A stretch of DNA of 64,000 bases from Planctomycetota bacterium (GTDB lineage: Bacteria > Planctomycetota > UBA8108 > SXIK01), in the NCBI GenBank assembly GCA_965223265.1, contig OZ244999.1, positions 7,968,001 to 8,032,000 on the forward strand. Reading direction: 5' to 3'. This document shows, one piece after another, positions 19,671 to 29,050 of the stretch. The notes under the pieces are model-generated. The model was not told the origin of the DNA. It made no database searches and saw only the letters and a list, made by a program, of their open reading frames with translations. The position numbers and the translations under genes are program-made. Positions within the stretch are counted from its first letter, which is position 1. Each line of letters begins with the position of its first letter.

Positions 19671-20725
19671 GTCGCTTCTTCCTTTTGCTGGCCGTCTCGT
19701 GAGACGCGAAGCACGAGGCGCCCGAGGACGCCTCCGCCGCGTAGTCGTTCGTGCGCGGTGTTGACTTCTTCGAGCGGCAGGACATCGGTGACGACCGACC
19801 GGATCTTGCCGGCGGCGGCGAGGTCAACGGCACGCTTGAGATCGCGCTTCGGCCCGCACCGCGAGCCGATGAGTTCGAGCTCGTTTTGGGCCAGCCGTTT
19901 GCCACTCAAGGAGTATTCGTCGGACGTGTAGCCGACCACTACCAGGCGGCCTCCGACCTGGAGCGAATCCACCGCGGCGCTGAGCGTGTCGCTCGTGCCG
20001 ACGATATCCAGCACGCACCTTGCGCCGGCGTCGCTTGTCAGGCGGCGGACCGCGGCCGCGACGTCTTCGGCGCCGGCGTCGATCGCTTCGTCGGCGCCAA
20101 GGGCGAGCGCGTGCGCCGATTTGGCGATGCCCTTTTCCACCGCGATAACGCGGGCGCCGGCTAGCTTAGCGAACTGCACCGCGAAGGAGCCGACGCCTCC
20201 AACGCCGATGACGACGACCGTTTCACCGAGTTTGATCCGCGCGCGGTCCACAGCGTGGAACGCTGTGATCCCGGCATCGCAAAGAACGGCCGCGTCTTCC
20301 CACGAGATGGTGTCAGGAAGGCGTACCAGCTGGCGCGCCGGAACGCACAAATACTCGGCATAGGCTCCTTGCCATCCCTTAACACCGACAACACCGTCCA
20401 GCTCGGGGCACAGTTGCTCGCGCTCGCTGCGGTAGTACGGGCTCTCAGGCGGCACCAAGAAGATGTACGGAATGACTCGATCACCCTCCGTGAACTCGAG
20501 CACATGATCGCCGACGGCCGCGACCACACCCGCAGGCTCGTGCCCCATGATGAATGGCAATCGCGGCGTGTATCCGAAGCCTTTGAGGAGTTTTAAGTCG
20601 GTTCCGTCGACACCGCACGCCATCACGCGCACGAGCACCTCATCCGCGCCAGGCGTTGGTGTCGGCACCTCCTCGATCGAGAGAGGTTGATCGAACTTGC
20701 GAAGAATTGCAGCTTTCAAGGTCAC
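19667..20725 (-). CDS. MDR-family (zinc-type) alcohol dehydrogenase
   Basis: GHE motif, GVGGVG Rossmann motif; 4-nt overlap with the hydrolase gene. Confidence 0.9.
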   Translation of the reverse strand: MTLKAAILRKFDQPLSIEEVPTPTPGADEVLVRVMACGVDGTDLKLLKGFGYTPRLPFIMGHEPAGVVAAVGDHVLEFTEGDRVIPYIFLVPPESPYYRSEREQLCPELDGVVGVKGWQGAYAEYLCVPARQLVRLPDTISWEDAAVLCDAGITAFHAVDRARIKLGETVVVIGVGGVGSFAVQFAKLAGARVIAVEKGIAKSAHALALGADEAIDAGAEDVAAAVRRLTSDAGARCVLDIVGTSDTLSAAVDSLQVGGRLVVVGYTSDEYSLSGKRLAQNELELIGSRCGPKRDLKRAVDLAAAGKIRSVVTDVLPLEEVNTAHERLRGGGVLGRLVLRVSRDGQQKEEAT

Positions 20726-20856
20726 GTTCCCGTACGGCGACCGGAGGGTTCGAATACTACGGTCGTCATCCTACCCGCCCACCCCGGGTCGATTCGATCA
20801 AGTTCACCCGCTTCGAGCTGCGCACCTGTCGCATAACGCCGAGCGCCGGCGCGAGA

Positions 20857-22224
20857 TCAATCCGATTCTCGATCCTGCGGCACGCCGCCGAGCTGCACCT
20901 TGATCTTTAGCGACTCATCGCCGCGTTTGACGTCGAGAATCACCTCGGTCCCGGGATACAGCGGCCCGAAGTAAGCCTGCAGCTCGCCGAACGACCGGAC
21001 GTGCATGCCGGAGAGACCGTGGATGACATCGTTCGGCTGGATTCCCGAGAGTGAAGCTGGTCCGCCCGGCTCGACGTTCGAGATGCGAACACCCGCCTCC
21101 GGTTGATCGTCCGAGTCGACGACGACTCCCAGCCACGGGTGATCGCTTTCAAAAAGCGCCGCGATGATTTCGATGCTGCGATCGCCGCGCTCGATTCGCA
21201 CCGGGATTTTTGTGCCGGCCGGATAGGTCCCCAGGACTCCGAGGTAACGATTGCGCGTGGTCACCTTCTCGCCTGCGATCCGGATGATGCGATCGCCGGC
21301 GACGAACCCGAAGCGCTCCGCGGCCGACCCGGCGGTGACCTTGACGATCGGCAGACCGTGGCGCTGGTTCGTTCGACGCATACCCACGCGCAGTCCATTG
21401 ATCTTACCGTGACGTACGAGACCACCTCCCGCACGTTTCAGAGGTTCTAAGAAGCGCTGCACTTGGTTGCTGGGGATGGCGTAACCGATTCCTGAATTGA
21501 TCCCGACGCCGTACGGGTTCTCGATTTTGCCGTTGATGCCGACGACCTTGCCGTCGAGGGTCAACAGGGGCCCGCCAGAGTTTCCAGGATTGACAGCAGC
21601 GTCGACCTGGATCGCGTCGGTGTACGCTTCGGAGTAGCGATGCAGCGCGCTGACGATTCCCGTCGAAGCTGCCGGTTCGTAGTCGGGCGGCGACTCCGGC
21701 AGAAAGAGTTCGCGTGAGCCGACAAGAAACGGATCGCCAAGCGCGATGACGCGATCGCCAACCTCGAGGGCGTCGGAGTCGCCGAACTCAAGTGCTGGGA
21801 CTCCGGGTTCACCGTCCAGTTTGAGCAGCGCGAGGTCGCCGCCGGGGAAGTGTCCGACGACGGTCGCCTGCATCTCACGACCACCTCGCAGTTGAACTTC
21901 GACCCGACCCACGAGGACGTTCGGATCTCCTTGCGAGACGACGTGCTCGTTCGTGAGAACGTAGCCCTCTTCCGAGATCACAAAACCGGAACCGCCCTGA
22001 ATGAAGACGAAGCTCTTCGCGGCGCGCTCGATCGTGGCGCGCATCTCCTCTTCTAGGCGACGCAGATCGCCCAGGTCGCCGATTTTCTGATCGCGCTCGA
22101 CCTCCACCGCTTGCAAGCATACGGTTGGTGGCGCGAGACAAGCCGGCGCCAGCAGCGCGGCGGCGTGCAACACCGCTACCCAGTAGCTCGCGGCGCGGCT
22201 TCGGATCGTGGTCGGCGGCGTCAC
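20857..22224 (-). CDS. HtrA/DegP-like serine protease with two PDZ domains (catalytic triad intact)
   Basis: LTNEHV (His), DLALL (Asp), NPGNSGGPL (Ser), two PDZ-like segments, signal peptide. Confidence 0.92.
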   Translation of the reverse strand: MTPPTTIRSRAASYWVAVLHAAALLAPACLAPPTVCLQAVEVERDQKIGDLGDLRRLEEEMRATIERAAKSFVFIQGGSGFVISEEGYVLTNEHVVSQGDPNVLVGRVEVQLRGGREMQATVVGHFPGGDLALLKLDGEPGVPALEFGDSDALEVGDRVIALGDPFLVGSRELFLPESPPDYEPAASTGIVSALHRYSEAYTDAIQVDAAVNPGNSGGPLLTLDGKVVGINGKIENPYGVGINSGIGYAIPSNQVQRFLEPLKRAGGGLVRHGKINGLRVGMRRTNQRHGLPIVKVTAGSAAERFGFVAGDRIIRIAGEKVTTRNRYLGVLGTYPAGTKIPVRIERGDRSIEIIAALFESDHPWLGVVVDSDDQPEAGVRISNVEPGGPASLSGIQPNDVIHGLSGMHVRSFGELQAYFGPLYPGTEVILDVKRGDESLKIKVQLGGVPQDRESD

Positions 22225-23249
22225 GGTTTCTCTCCTAAGGCGATTTCCAGCTCGAGGATTTTTTCCTGTCGCTTCACCTTGACCTGCACGACGTCGCCCA
22301 CTTCGTGGGCTAGGACCAGTGCTTTCAGATGGTAGAAGTCCCTCACCGCCTCGCCGTTGATTTCGAGAAGGATGTCATCGGCGATGACGCCAGCCTTTGC
22401 CGCCGCACCGCCTTCGACGACCCGCCCGACGTGCGAGCCCTCCGGGACCTCCTTGCCGATCGAGATGACGCCGAGCATAGGGGGTTTGATGTTCTTTCCT
22501 TCGCGCAAGCGCGGCAGAATCCGCCGCAAAGTCTTCACGGTCGTACCGAATCCGACGCCGGAGTTGATGCCCCATTGGGGTTGGTGATGACCGACAAAGC
22601 AAGCGATGCCGACGAGCCGCCCCTCCAGGTCGATCAACGGTCCGCCGACGTTTCCGTAGTTGAGCTTGGCGTCGGTCTGGAACGCTCGGCCAGCGTTGCG
22701 CCCGAGCGCGCTCACGATGCCTCGCGTCACGGTGGTGCTGCGGGGATCCGGCGAGCGGCCGACCGCGAACACGATTTGTCCGGCCCCGAGACCCTTGGAG
22801 TCGCGCCATGGTTCGAACGACGTGGGCTCTTGCGCGTCGCCCGGCAGCTGTTTCGCTCGCAACAGCGCGACATCGTCCTGTGCACTCACGGCCAGCACCT
22901 CGGCGCTCGAGGTTTCGCCGCTTGCGAACGTCACACTGAGAGACTCGAGCTCTCCGACGACGTTGTAGAAACTCGTCAGGATGTGCCCGCCACCATCGAT
23001 GATGAAGCCGGTGACCGGGCCGTCGGGTCGGCGAAAGTAAGACCGTGCCTCGCCGCCGCCGAGAACCTCGCCGATGCGCGCGGCGGGCAGATCGGTGCCC
23101 TCCCTTCGCTCGATCTGAATCGAAACGACCCGCTGCTCGACGCCGGCCAGAAGCTCAGCGACGCTGGTCGGGGCATCAATGGGAGTACCGAAAGTCGGGT
23201 GCAGTGGGAGTAGAACCCCGACTAGGGTGAGCGTCAGTATCTTCCCCAA
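22221..23249 (-). CDS. HtrA-like trypsin+PDZ protein, predicted inactive
   Basis: LTSFYNV (no His), NYGNVGGPL (Ser to Val), one PDZ, signal peptide. Confidence 0.85.
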   Translation of the reverse strand: MGKILTLTLVGVLLPLHPTFGTPIDAPTSVAELLAGVEQRVVSIQIERREGTDLPAARIGEVLGGGEARSYFRRPDGPVTGFIIDGGGHILTSFYNVVGELESLSVTFASGETSSAEVLAVSAQDDVALLRAKQLPGDAQEPTSFEPWRDSKGLGAGQIVFAVGRSPDPRSTTVTRGIVSALGRNAGRAFQTDAKLNYGNVGGPLIDLEGRLVGIACFVGHHQPQWGINSGVGFGTTVKTLRRILPRLREGKNIKPPMLGVISIGKEVPEGSHVGRVVEGGAAAKAGVIADDILLEINGEAVRDFYHLKALVLAHEVGDVVQVKVKRQEKILELEIALGEKP

Positions 23250-24358
23250 AGTTGAATCTCCATGCTGCGCTCTTCTTCGTTCCGTTTCAGCTTGAGCGTC
23301 AGTTTGTCTCCAGGTTTCTTGCCGCCGAAGATTGTGCGGAACTCCTGCGTCGACGTGACTCTTCGATCGTCCGCCTGCTGGATCACGTCGCCTGGCTCAA
23401 GCCCGGCGCGCGATGCAGGACTGTCCGGAACAATCCTAGTGACTCTGACGCCGAGTTTTTCCTCGGCCGCCAGCTCGACCCCTAGATAGCTCAGTGAGTC
23501 GTTTTTGCTCTCCTGATCAAACCTCTTGTCGCCGCTGGCAGCCAGTAGGCTTGGCTTGAGGATGTCGACCGGCACCGCAGCTGCCAGCCAACGGTTCGGT
23601 GAGTAGTTGAGAGTGATCACGCCGAGCAGCTCGCCGCGTGCGCTCACCAAGGGTCCACCGTCCATGCCGTTGTTGACTGGAGCGCTCGTTTCGATGACAC
23701 GGCCGATGTACGTCGACTCTCCTTGCGTCTCGCGAAGGGAGAAGAGACCGCTGATGACTCCCGCCGACATGGCAGCCTGGTCGTCCTTTTGAATGCACTC
23801 GAACGCGTTGCCGAGGGTGTAGACCGGCGCGCCGAGAGCGATGGCGGTGGAATTCCCCAAGCTGAGGTAAGGCAGGTCGCCGCCGCCTTCTCCGGAGCGC
23901 TCGACTCGCAGCAAGGAGAACTCAGTTGCCGATTTGGTTTCGATCAGTTTGGCGCTGACGACTTGTCCACCTTGTAGATAGACGCGAATGCGGCGCGCCT
24001 TTCCGGGGACCACGGTTGTCGAGGTGAGGACCAGGCCCTCTGGTGACACAACCGTTCCAGTGCCGAAGAAAGAGAACTCAGAGCCGCCTGTCCCCGGGGC
24101 GCGGCAGGTGACACCGACGACTGCTGGCGACACATAGGCGTAAACTCGCACGGCCGGCGAACGCTCCGCGGCCGGGAGAGCGTCACGAGCATGGACTATG
24201 ACGGCGAGAACGAGCGCGGCGAGCACGTGGAGCCGCCGGCGCCGGCGAGAGATCAGCGTTTGGCGAGCGATCTTGATGGCGCACTGTCCTTTCTTGCGTC
24301 GCGACTGCCGCAGCGCGAGGTGCGCATTCATCCTGAAGTCTGATGGCTTCGGCGTCAA
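23234..24358 (-). CDS. HtrA-like trypsin+PDZ protein, predicted inactive (start may be ATG 24331 or later)
   Basis: LTSTTVV (no His), TEFSLL, NNGMDGGPL (Ser to Asp), one PDZ. Confidence 0.85.
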   Translation of the reverse strand: MTPKPSDFRMNAHLALRQSRRKKGQCAIKIARQTLISRRRRRLHVLAALVLAVIVHARDALPAAERSPAVRVYAYVSPAVVGVTCRAPGTGGSEFSFFGTGTVVSPEGLVLTSTTVVPGKARRIRVYLQGGQVVSAKLIETKSATEFSLLRVERSGEGGGDLPYLSLGNSTAIALGAPVYTLGNAFECIQKDDQAAMSAGVISGLFSLRETQGESTYIGRVIETSAPVNNGMDGGPLVSARGELLGVITLNYSPNRWLAAAVPVDILKPSLLAASGDKRFDQESKNDSLSYLGVELAAEEKLGVRVTRIVPDSPASRAGLEPGDVIQQADDRRVTSTQEFRTIFGGKKPGDKLTLKLKRNEEERSMEIQLWGRY

Positions 24359-24662
24359 CCAGACAGGGGCCGGCGGCCTCGGCTATCTCGCAGCTCGATG
24401 GGGGTCCACATGCACGGTGAGCGGCGACAGTGCGCTGTGTTGGGGGCGATCATCGGTCGGATGATTTCGATCCGAACCGACGCCGCGAGGGGGTTTGGAC
24501 CCCTGTCGAAGCTGGTAGGCTGGAAGGTCGTCGCGAAGACGCGCGCCGTCACGACATCGGCGACGCACAGGCGACGACATTAACCGGATGTGGGACGGCC
24601 GATTTTTCCGTGTGATCGGGCGTCCTTCGCCCCACTTGGTGCAGCGGTGTGCGATCGCGAGG

Positions 24663-24678
24663 TGGCACGGCGATTGCA
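24663..24678 (+). promoter_or_regulatory. Sigma-54 (-24/-12) promoter, consensus match
   Basis: TGGCACGGCGATTGCA matches TGGCACG-N4-TTGCW exactly, within a 1.1-kb intergenic region. Confidence 0.6.
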
Positions 24679-25220
24679 GACTCAACGGCAGCGTTAGCTT
24701 TCGACCGACATTCTGATCCGCTGAGCCACTGGGGCCTGGCGGAACGGCCCAAGCCGCGGGCGGGAATCGGGCCACTTGTTCTCGTCCGTGGCGTCTACCG
24801 ATTCGTGATACCCAGACCATGCGTGAAACCGCGAAACGCGCCGGCGACCTGAAACCCGCCGATCCGTCGCCCGTCCGCGAGGCCGATGGTAAGGACGCTG
24901 TGCAGCCGGATCTCGAGCCGCAGGAGCCTGAGGCCCCGAGTCTCAAACCGCAAGACCTCGAGCCTGAAAACGAGAGAGAATCGGCGTTGCCGACGACGCG
25001 GCGAGCGCGTTCATCCGGTCAACCTCGGCGACCCGCAGGATGATCTTCTCGCCACGAACCTTCGGCTTCGGGCTGTCTGCGTGCCTGCGGAGCATTTGCG
25101 AGCGCACTCGCCGGAACTCGTTCGATCGGTTCGACGTAACCGACAACGGACCCGAGTCGGCCCTCGGCAATTTGTCCCTCGAGGCCGTACGTTCGCGCAA
25201 GGGATCCGAAGCAGCCACCC

Positions 25221-25270
25221 TTTTAGGATGTTATTCATCCGAAAATATCTGCCACTAAGATGCAGAATAT
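25221..25270. promoter_or_regulatory. Tandem AT-rich palindromes, candidate enhancer (UAS) sites
   Basis: TTTTAGGATG-N5-CATCCGAAAA followed by ATATCTGC..GCAGAATAT; about 70-120 bp upstream of the predicted sigma-54 start site. Confidence 0.4.
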
Positions 25271-25314
25271 CCGAACCGGCGCGTCTCGCACTCGGAAACG
25301 GTCCGCTGAGCGTA

Positions 25315-25330
25315 TGGCCCCGAAGTTGCA
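25315..25330 (+). promoter_or_regulatory. Sigma-54 (-24/-12) promoter upstream of the 25449 gene cluster
   Basis: TGGCCCCGAAGTTGCA, GG-N10-GC with TTGCA; about 120 nt before the ATG. Confidence 0.6.
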
Positions 25331-25448
25331 TATTTCGCGACGCTTCGGGCGAGACCCAGCGGTCGCGCAGGGACGGCGATAACGGAGTCGACGGCGGTGG
25401 CGACGCAGCGCGAGGCTCTTCCGGAGTTCGTCGTAGGAGGACGAAGAT

Positions 25449-26219
25449 ATGCGGCGCCTTGTATCAATTACGCACTTCCCGTGTCTCGTCATGCTTCTTT
25501 GGGTCGTCGGCGTCACGCCGACGTCGAGCGCCGAGGACGCGCCGGCGACCGCGACGATAAAGAACGATCCTTACTGCGTGGTCCAGATCGGCAGCGACGC
25601 AGTCGAGATCGTCCGCAAGTCGGAGCTTCCCGCGCTCAAGAAGAAGGTGGCGGAGGCGAACAAGCAGGCGCTGAAAGCCTACTCGGAAGCCCGGAAAGCA
25701 GCGAAACGAGCGAAAGAGAAATTCTCCGCGGCGAGGCCTCGAGCGAAGAAGGTGAAGGTACTCTCGGCGTCACTTAAGACCGAGTCGGAGGCGAAAAAGC
25801 TCCGCGATGCGACCCTCGCGAAGGTCAATGGATACGTGGTCGTTCTGGCTGGTCTCGAGCTCCACGTCCTGCGAAAGTCAGAGGTCTTCGATCTCAAGAA
25901 GGACCTCAAGCAGCGAGACGACGACGCGGTCGCGTCGTACAAATCCGCGCAGGCCGCCGCGAAGCAGAGTGGTGAGAAGTTCAAGCGGAAGAAGCCGACC
26001 CAAACGAGGGTGAAAGTCCTGGCTTCGGGTTTCCGGACAGAAACCGACGCGGCGCGTAAGGCCGAGGCGCTGCTCGAGAAGAACAGGAAGCTCAAACCCT
26101 CCGAGGGCCTCGAGCGCGTTCTCGAGTCCGACGGCGACCGTGCGGACAGTCGCGAAGAGGGCGAGGAGGATCAAGACGAAGAGGATGAAGAAACCTCGCC
26201 TGGAGAGAACGGTGAGTAG
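25449..26219 (+). CDS. Hypothetical exported Lys-rich protein with two tandem ~80-aa repeats and acidic tail
   Basis: AGGAGG RBS, signal-like N-terminus, repeat Y.VV..G.....RKSE...LKK.......Y..A..AAK...EKF....P....VKVL.....TE..A. Confidence 0.8.
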   Translation: MRRLVSITHFPCLVMLLWVVGVTPTSSAEDAPATATIKNDPYCVVQIGSDAVEIVRKSELPALKKKVAEANKQALKAYSEARKAAKRAKEKFSAARPRAKKVKVLSASLKTESEAKKLRDATLAKVNGYVVVLAGLELHVLRKSEVFDLKKDLKQRDDDAVASYKSAQAAAKQSGEKFKRKKPTQTRVKVLASGFRTETDAARKAEALLEKNRKLKPSEGLERVLESDGDRADSREEGEEDQDEEDEETSPGENGE

Positions 26220-26282
26220 CCTCGAGCGACGAGGCGTCGGCCGTCGAATTCTCCGGCTCTCCAGTGAGTTCATAGTGGCTCG

Positions 26283-27119
26283 ATGAGCACCACTTCTTCA
26301 CCAGCTCCAGCGATGTTCACTGACGCAGGTGCTGAACCCCTCGTCGCGGTGGCGCTCCACGACGGTCATCAAGTGCGCGACGCGCTCGTCGAGCACCTCG
26401 CGGTCCACGCTGCGGCGCGCTTTCGGGAGGAGGATCCGTTCACGCGGGAATGGACGACCGTTGCCTCTACGCGCATCGTGGGTCTTCGATCCCGTTTCGA
26501 AGTGGACCTCAACCGTCCGCGAGACAAGGCCGTGTACCTGACGCCCGAAGCGTCGTGGGGGCTTCGGGTGTGGAGCAGGGAGTGCCCGTCGGACGAGGTG
26601 GAACAGTCGCTCGCCCAGTATGACGAGTTCTACAGGAGAGCTGGCGAGCTCTTTACCGCGATGGCGTCGATTCACGACCGTTTCGTCGTCTTCGACCTCC
26701 ACTCCTACAATCACCGTCGGAACGGCTTCGACGCGCTTCCCGCGCCAGCGAACGAGCACCCCGAAGTCAATCTCGGCACGGCGACGATGGACCGCGAGTT
26801 ATGGGCTCCTGTGGTCGATCGCTTCGTCGCGGAGCTGCGCTCCCGGCCGTTCATGGGCAGGCGAATCGATGTTCGCGAGAACGTCAAGTTTTTCGGTGGA
26901 CACTTCGCCCGATGGGCGCACGAGAATTTCGCCGAAAGCGCATGCGTCCTCTCTATTGAATTCAAAAAGATGTTCATGGACGAGTGGACCGGTGAACCCT
27001 ATCCTGACCACATTGAAGCGGCACGCGACGCGCTCGCCCGCGCCATCCCCGGAGTACTCCAGGAACTCGACCGAATTGACGCATCGCGAGCGCCAGGGAC
27101 TTCCCACTACAACGGTTGA
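26283..27119 (+). CDS. N-formylglutamate amidohydrolase family protein
   Basis: ALHDGH, REEDPFT, SRFEVDLNR, DLHSYNHRR, NLGT, ENVKFFGG, IEFKK.FMDEWTG. Confidence 0.88.
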   Translation: MSTTSSPAPAMFTDAGAEPLVAVALHDGHQVRDALVEHLAVHAAARFREEDPFTREWTTVASTRIVGLRSRFEVDLNRPRDKAVYLTPEASWGLRVWSRECPSDEVEQSLAQYDEFYRRAGELFTAMASIHDRFVVFDLHSYNHRRNGFDALPAPANEHPEVNLGTATMDRELWAPVVDRFVAELRSRPFMGRRIDVRENVKFFGGHFARWAHENFAESACVLSIEFKKMFMDEWTGEPYPDHIEAARDALARAIPGVLQELDRIDASRAPGTSHYNG

Positions 27120-28998
27120 CGGGGCCATCGAGACGATCCGCTCCGGCCTGGCGAACGGCGTTCCCGTGCGCTGTCGTCTTCCTGAAAAGGGCGTGCTCGT
27201 CATCGATCGACCGCTTCCTTTCCTCGTCGTGCACCGAGTGCCACCGGCGAATGACGATCGAGGAACGGATCGGCTGATTCGATCGGAGGCGTCGTACCTC
27301 GTTGCCCCCGGAGACCGCTCGCACCATCGGTGGGTGTCTCGCCTCGTCCGAGAGGTCGTGCGAGAGCTCGCATCACAATTCGACGGGTGTCTCCTCGTCG
27401 AGCTGTGGTCAGATCCGACGGGCGATGCGTCTTCCAACGCATCGAAAGATCTCCCCCTGGAATTCCAGATCAAGGTCGCCTCCTCCCTCGCCCGGAATCG
27501 CGAAACGTGGTCGGTGCTCGAGCAAGCGTTCGGCAAAATTCGCGTCCTGCAGAGGCGAGCGATCGTGACGACCTCGGCAACCGCTCGCATCACTTCTGGG
27601 AAGTGCGCACCGCTCCTCACTGCGCGCCAGGCGGCGGATCTCTCGTGTACGGTCGCGGGAGTGGTCGTGCCGCCCGTCTACCGCGCGCCGGGCACCGATG
27701 AAGTCTACCCCCTCGTCCTGCGGACGCTTCGTCGCCAGCTTTCGCGCGCTCTGAAGCGCGGCTTTCATCAGTTCTGCCACGAGTCGACGCGCACGGCACC
27801 CGCGAGCTTCCTCGCTCTGGGTCGCCGTGGATTTCTGCGCGCTGTCGTCGACGTCGACGAACAAGTCGCGAAAGTGAGCGACTCTTTCGATTTCCTCCTC
27901 AGCGTCACCCCGGTCGATGTGAACGCGGTGTGGCGCAAGTTCGATCGAGAGCATTTCGAGGTCGAGCCGAAGTTTACCTATCGCCCGCTCTCGCAAGATC
28001 CGGTGCGCCTCAAGCGAAAGCTGTTCGAGATTCCGACCGAACGGATAGAAGACCCTGTTCTCGAGGGGATCTACCGAGAGAAACAACTCGAGCTTGACCG
28101 AAAGCTGACAATGCTCCTTGAGAGGTCGACGTCGAAGTTCCTCTACAGCAGCATTCAACTCTTCGAGGCGCCGAGCCCGGAGCTGGTCCTGCTGGCGCAG
28201 GAGATCCTGCGGTCGATTCCTCCCAAGAGCCGCGATGAGAACAAACGAGAATCCCTCGAAGCCGAGCCCTTTGCTGCTGCGGCGCGAAAGGAGATCGATC
28301 AATACCGGAGCCGAGTGCCCGAAATGAGCTCGAAGGTCGAGGTCCGCCCCGACCTCGCCTCGACGATCATGGTCTCGAAAGGAAACCTGCTCATCGGCGG
28401 AAGCGCGCGAGTGCCGGTTTCGCGGGTCGCGGCCCTGCTCCAACACGAAGTTGGCACCCACGTTGTGACCTACATCAACGGAAAGGCCCAACCGCTCCGT
28501 ATGTTCTACGGAGGTTTCGTCGGATACGACGAGCTCCAGGAAGGGCTCGCCGTTCTCGCCGAGTACCTCGTCGGTGGAATGAGTCGGCCGCGACTCAGAA
28601 CGCTCGCCGCTCGCGTCGTTGCTGGACACTACCTGGTCGATGGTGCCTCGTTTGTTGAGGCGTTTCGAGCGTTGAACCACGAACACCGCATCCCGCAGCG
28701 ACAATCGTTCGACATCGCGGTACGAATGTACCGCGGCGGGGGCTTCCTCAAGGACATCGTCTACTTGCGCGGATTTCAGAGCGTGCTCGAGTACATTACG
28801 AGCGGCGGGGACCTCGAACCTTTGTTCGTCGGCAAGATCGCACTGCGCCACCTGCCGGTAGTTCGAGAGCTGCAGCTCCGAGGAGTCTTGCGAGAGACGC
28901 CGCTTCGACCCAGTTTTTTGGATCTTCCACAGGCCGATAAGAGACTCGGGCGCCTCCGCTCGAGCGGCTCGGTGCTCGACCTTATCCAGACGATTTGA
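27076..28998 (+). CDS. QEGLA-motif / DUF1704 zinc metallopeptidase (MATCAP-like gluzincin)
   Basis: LLQHEVGTH (HExxxH), LQEGLAVLAE, R.YRGGG..KD.VYLRG. Start placed at TTG 27076; the ORF track extends the frame to 26620, over the previous gene. Confidence 0.88.
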   Translation: MTHRERQGLPTTTVDGAIETIRSGLANGVPVRCRLPEKGVLVIDRPLPFLVVHRVPPANDDRGTDRLIRSEASYLVAPGDRSHHRWVSRLVREVVRELASQFDGCLLVELWSDPTGDASSNASKDLPLEFQIKVASSLARNRETWSVLEQAFGKIRVLQRRAIVTTSATARITSGKCAPLLTARQAADLSCTVAGVVVPPVYRAPGTDEVYPLVLRTLRRQLSRALKRGFHQFCHESTRTAPASFLALGRRGFLRAVVDVDEQVAKVSDSFDFLLSVTPVDVNAVWRKFDREHFEVEPKFTYRPLSQDPVRLKRKLFEIPTERIEDPVLEGIYREKQLELDRKLTMLLERSTSKFLYSSIQLFEAPSPELVLLAQEILRSIPPKSRDENKRESLEAEPFAAAARKEIDQYRSRVPEMSSKVEVRPDLASTIMVSKGNLLIGGSARVPVSRVAALLQHEVGTHVVTYINGKAQPLRMFYGGFVGYDELQEGLAVLAEYLVGGMSRPRLRTLAARVVAGHYLVDGASFVEAFRALNHEHRIPQRQSFDIAVRMYRGGGFLKDIVYLRGFQSVLEYITSGGDLEPLFVGKIALRHLPVVRELQLRGVLRETPLRPSFLDLPQADKRLGRLRSSGSVLDLIQTI

Positions 28999-29050
28999 CG
29001 ACGATGATAGCCACGACGAAGCCACCGACAGAGACGAAAGTGAGAGAACT

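Noticed and set aside
24720-24770. GCCACTGGG resembling a cobalamin riboswitch segment
   Set aside because: No B12 box or AGGGAA/CCCGC-ACTGT elements, and no B12-related gene downstream.
26620-27075. Long N-terminal extension of the DUF1704 ORF overlapping the amidohydrolase (possible overprinting or fusion)
   Set aside because: Ser/Thr/Arg-rich off-frame composition typical of GC-rich DNA; a TTG start at 27076 explains the gene.
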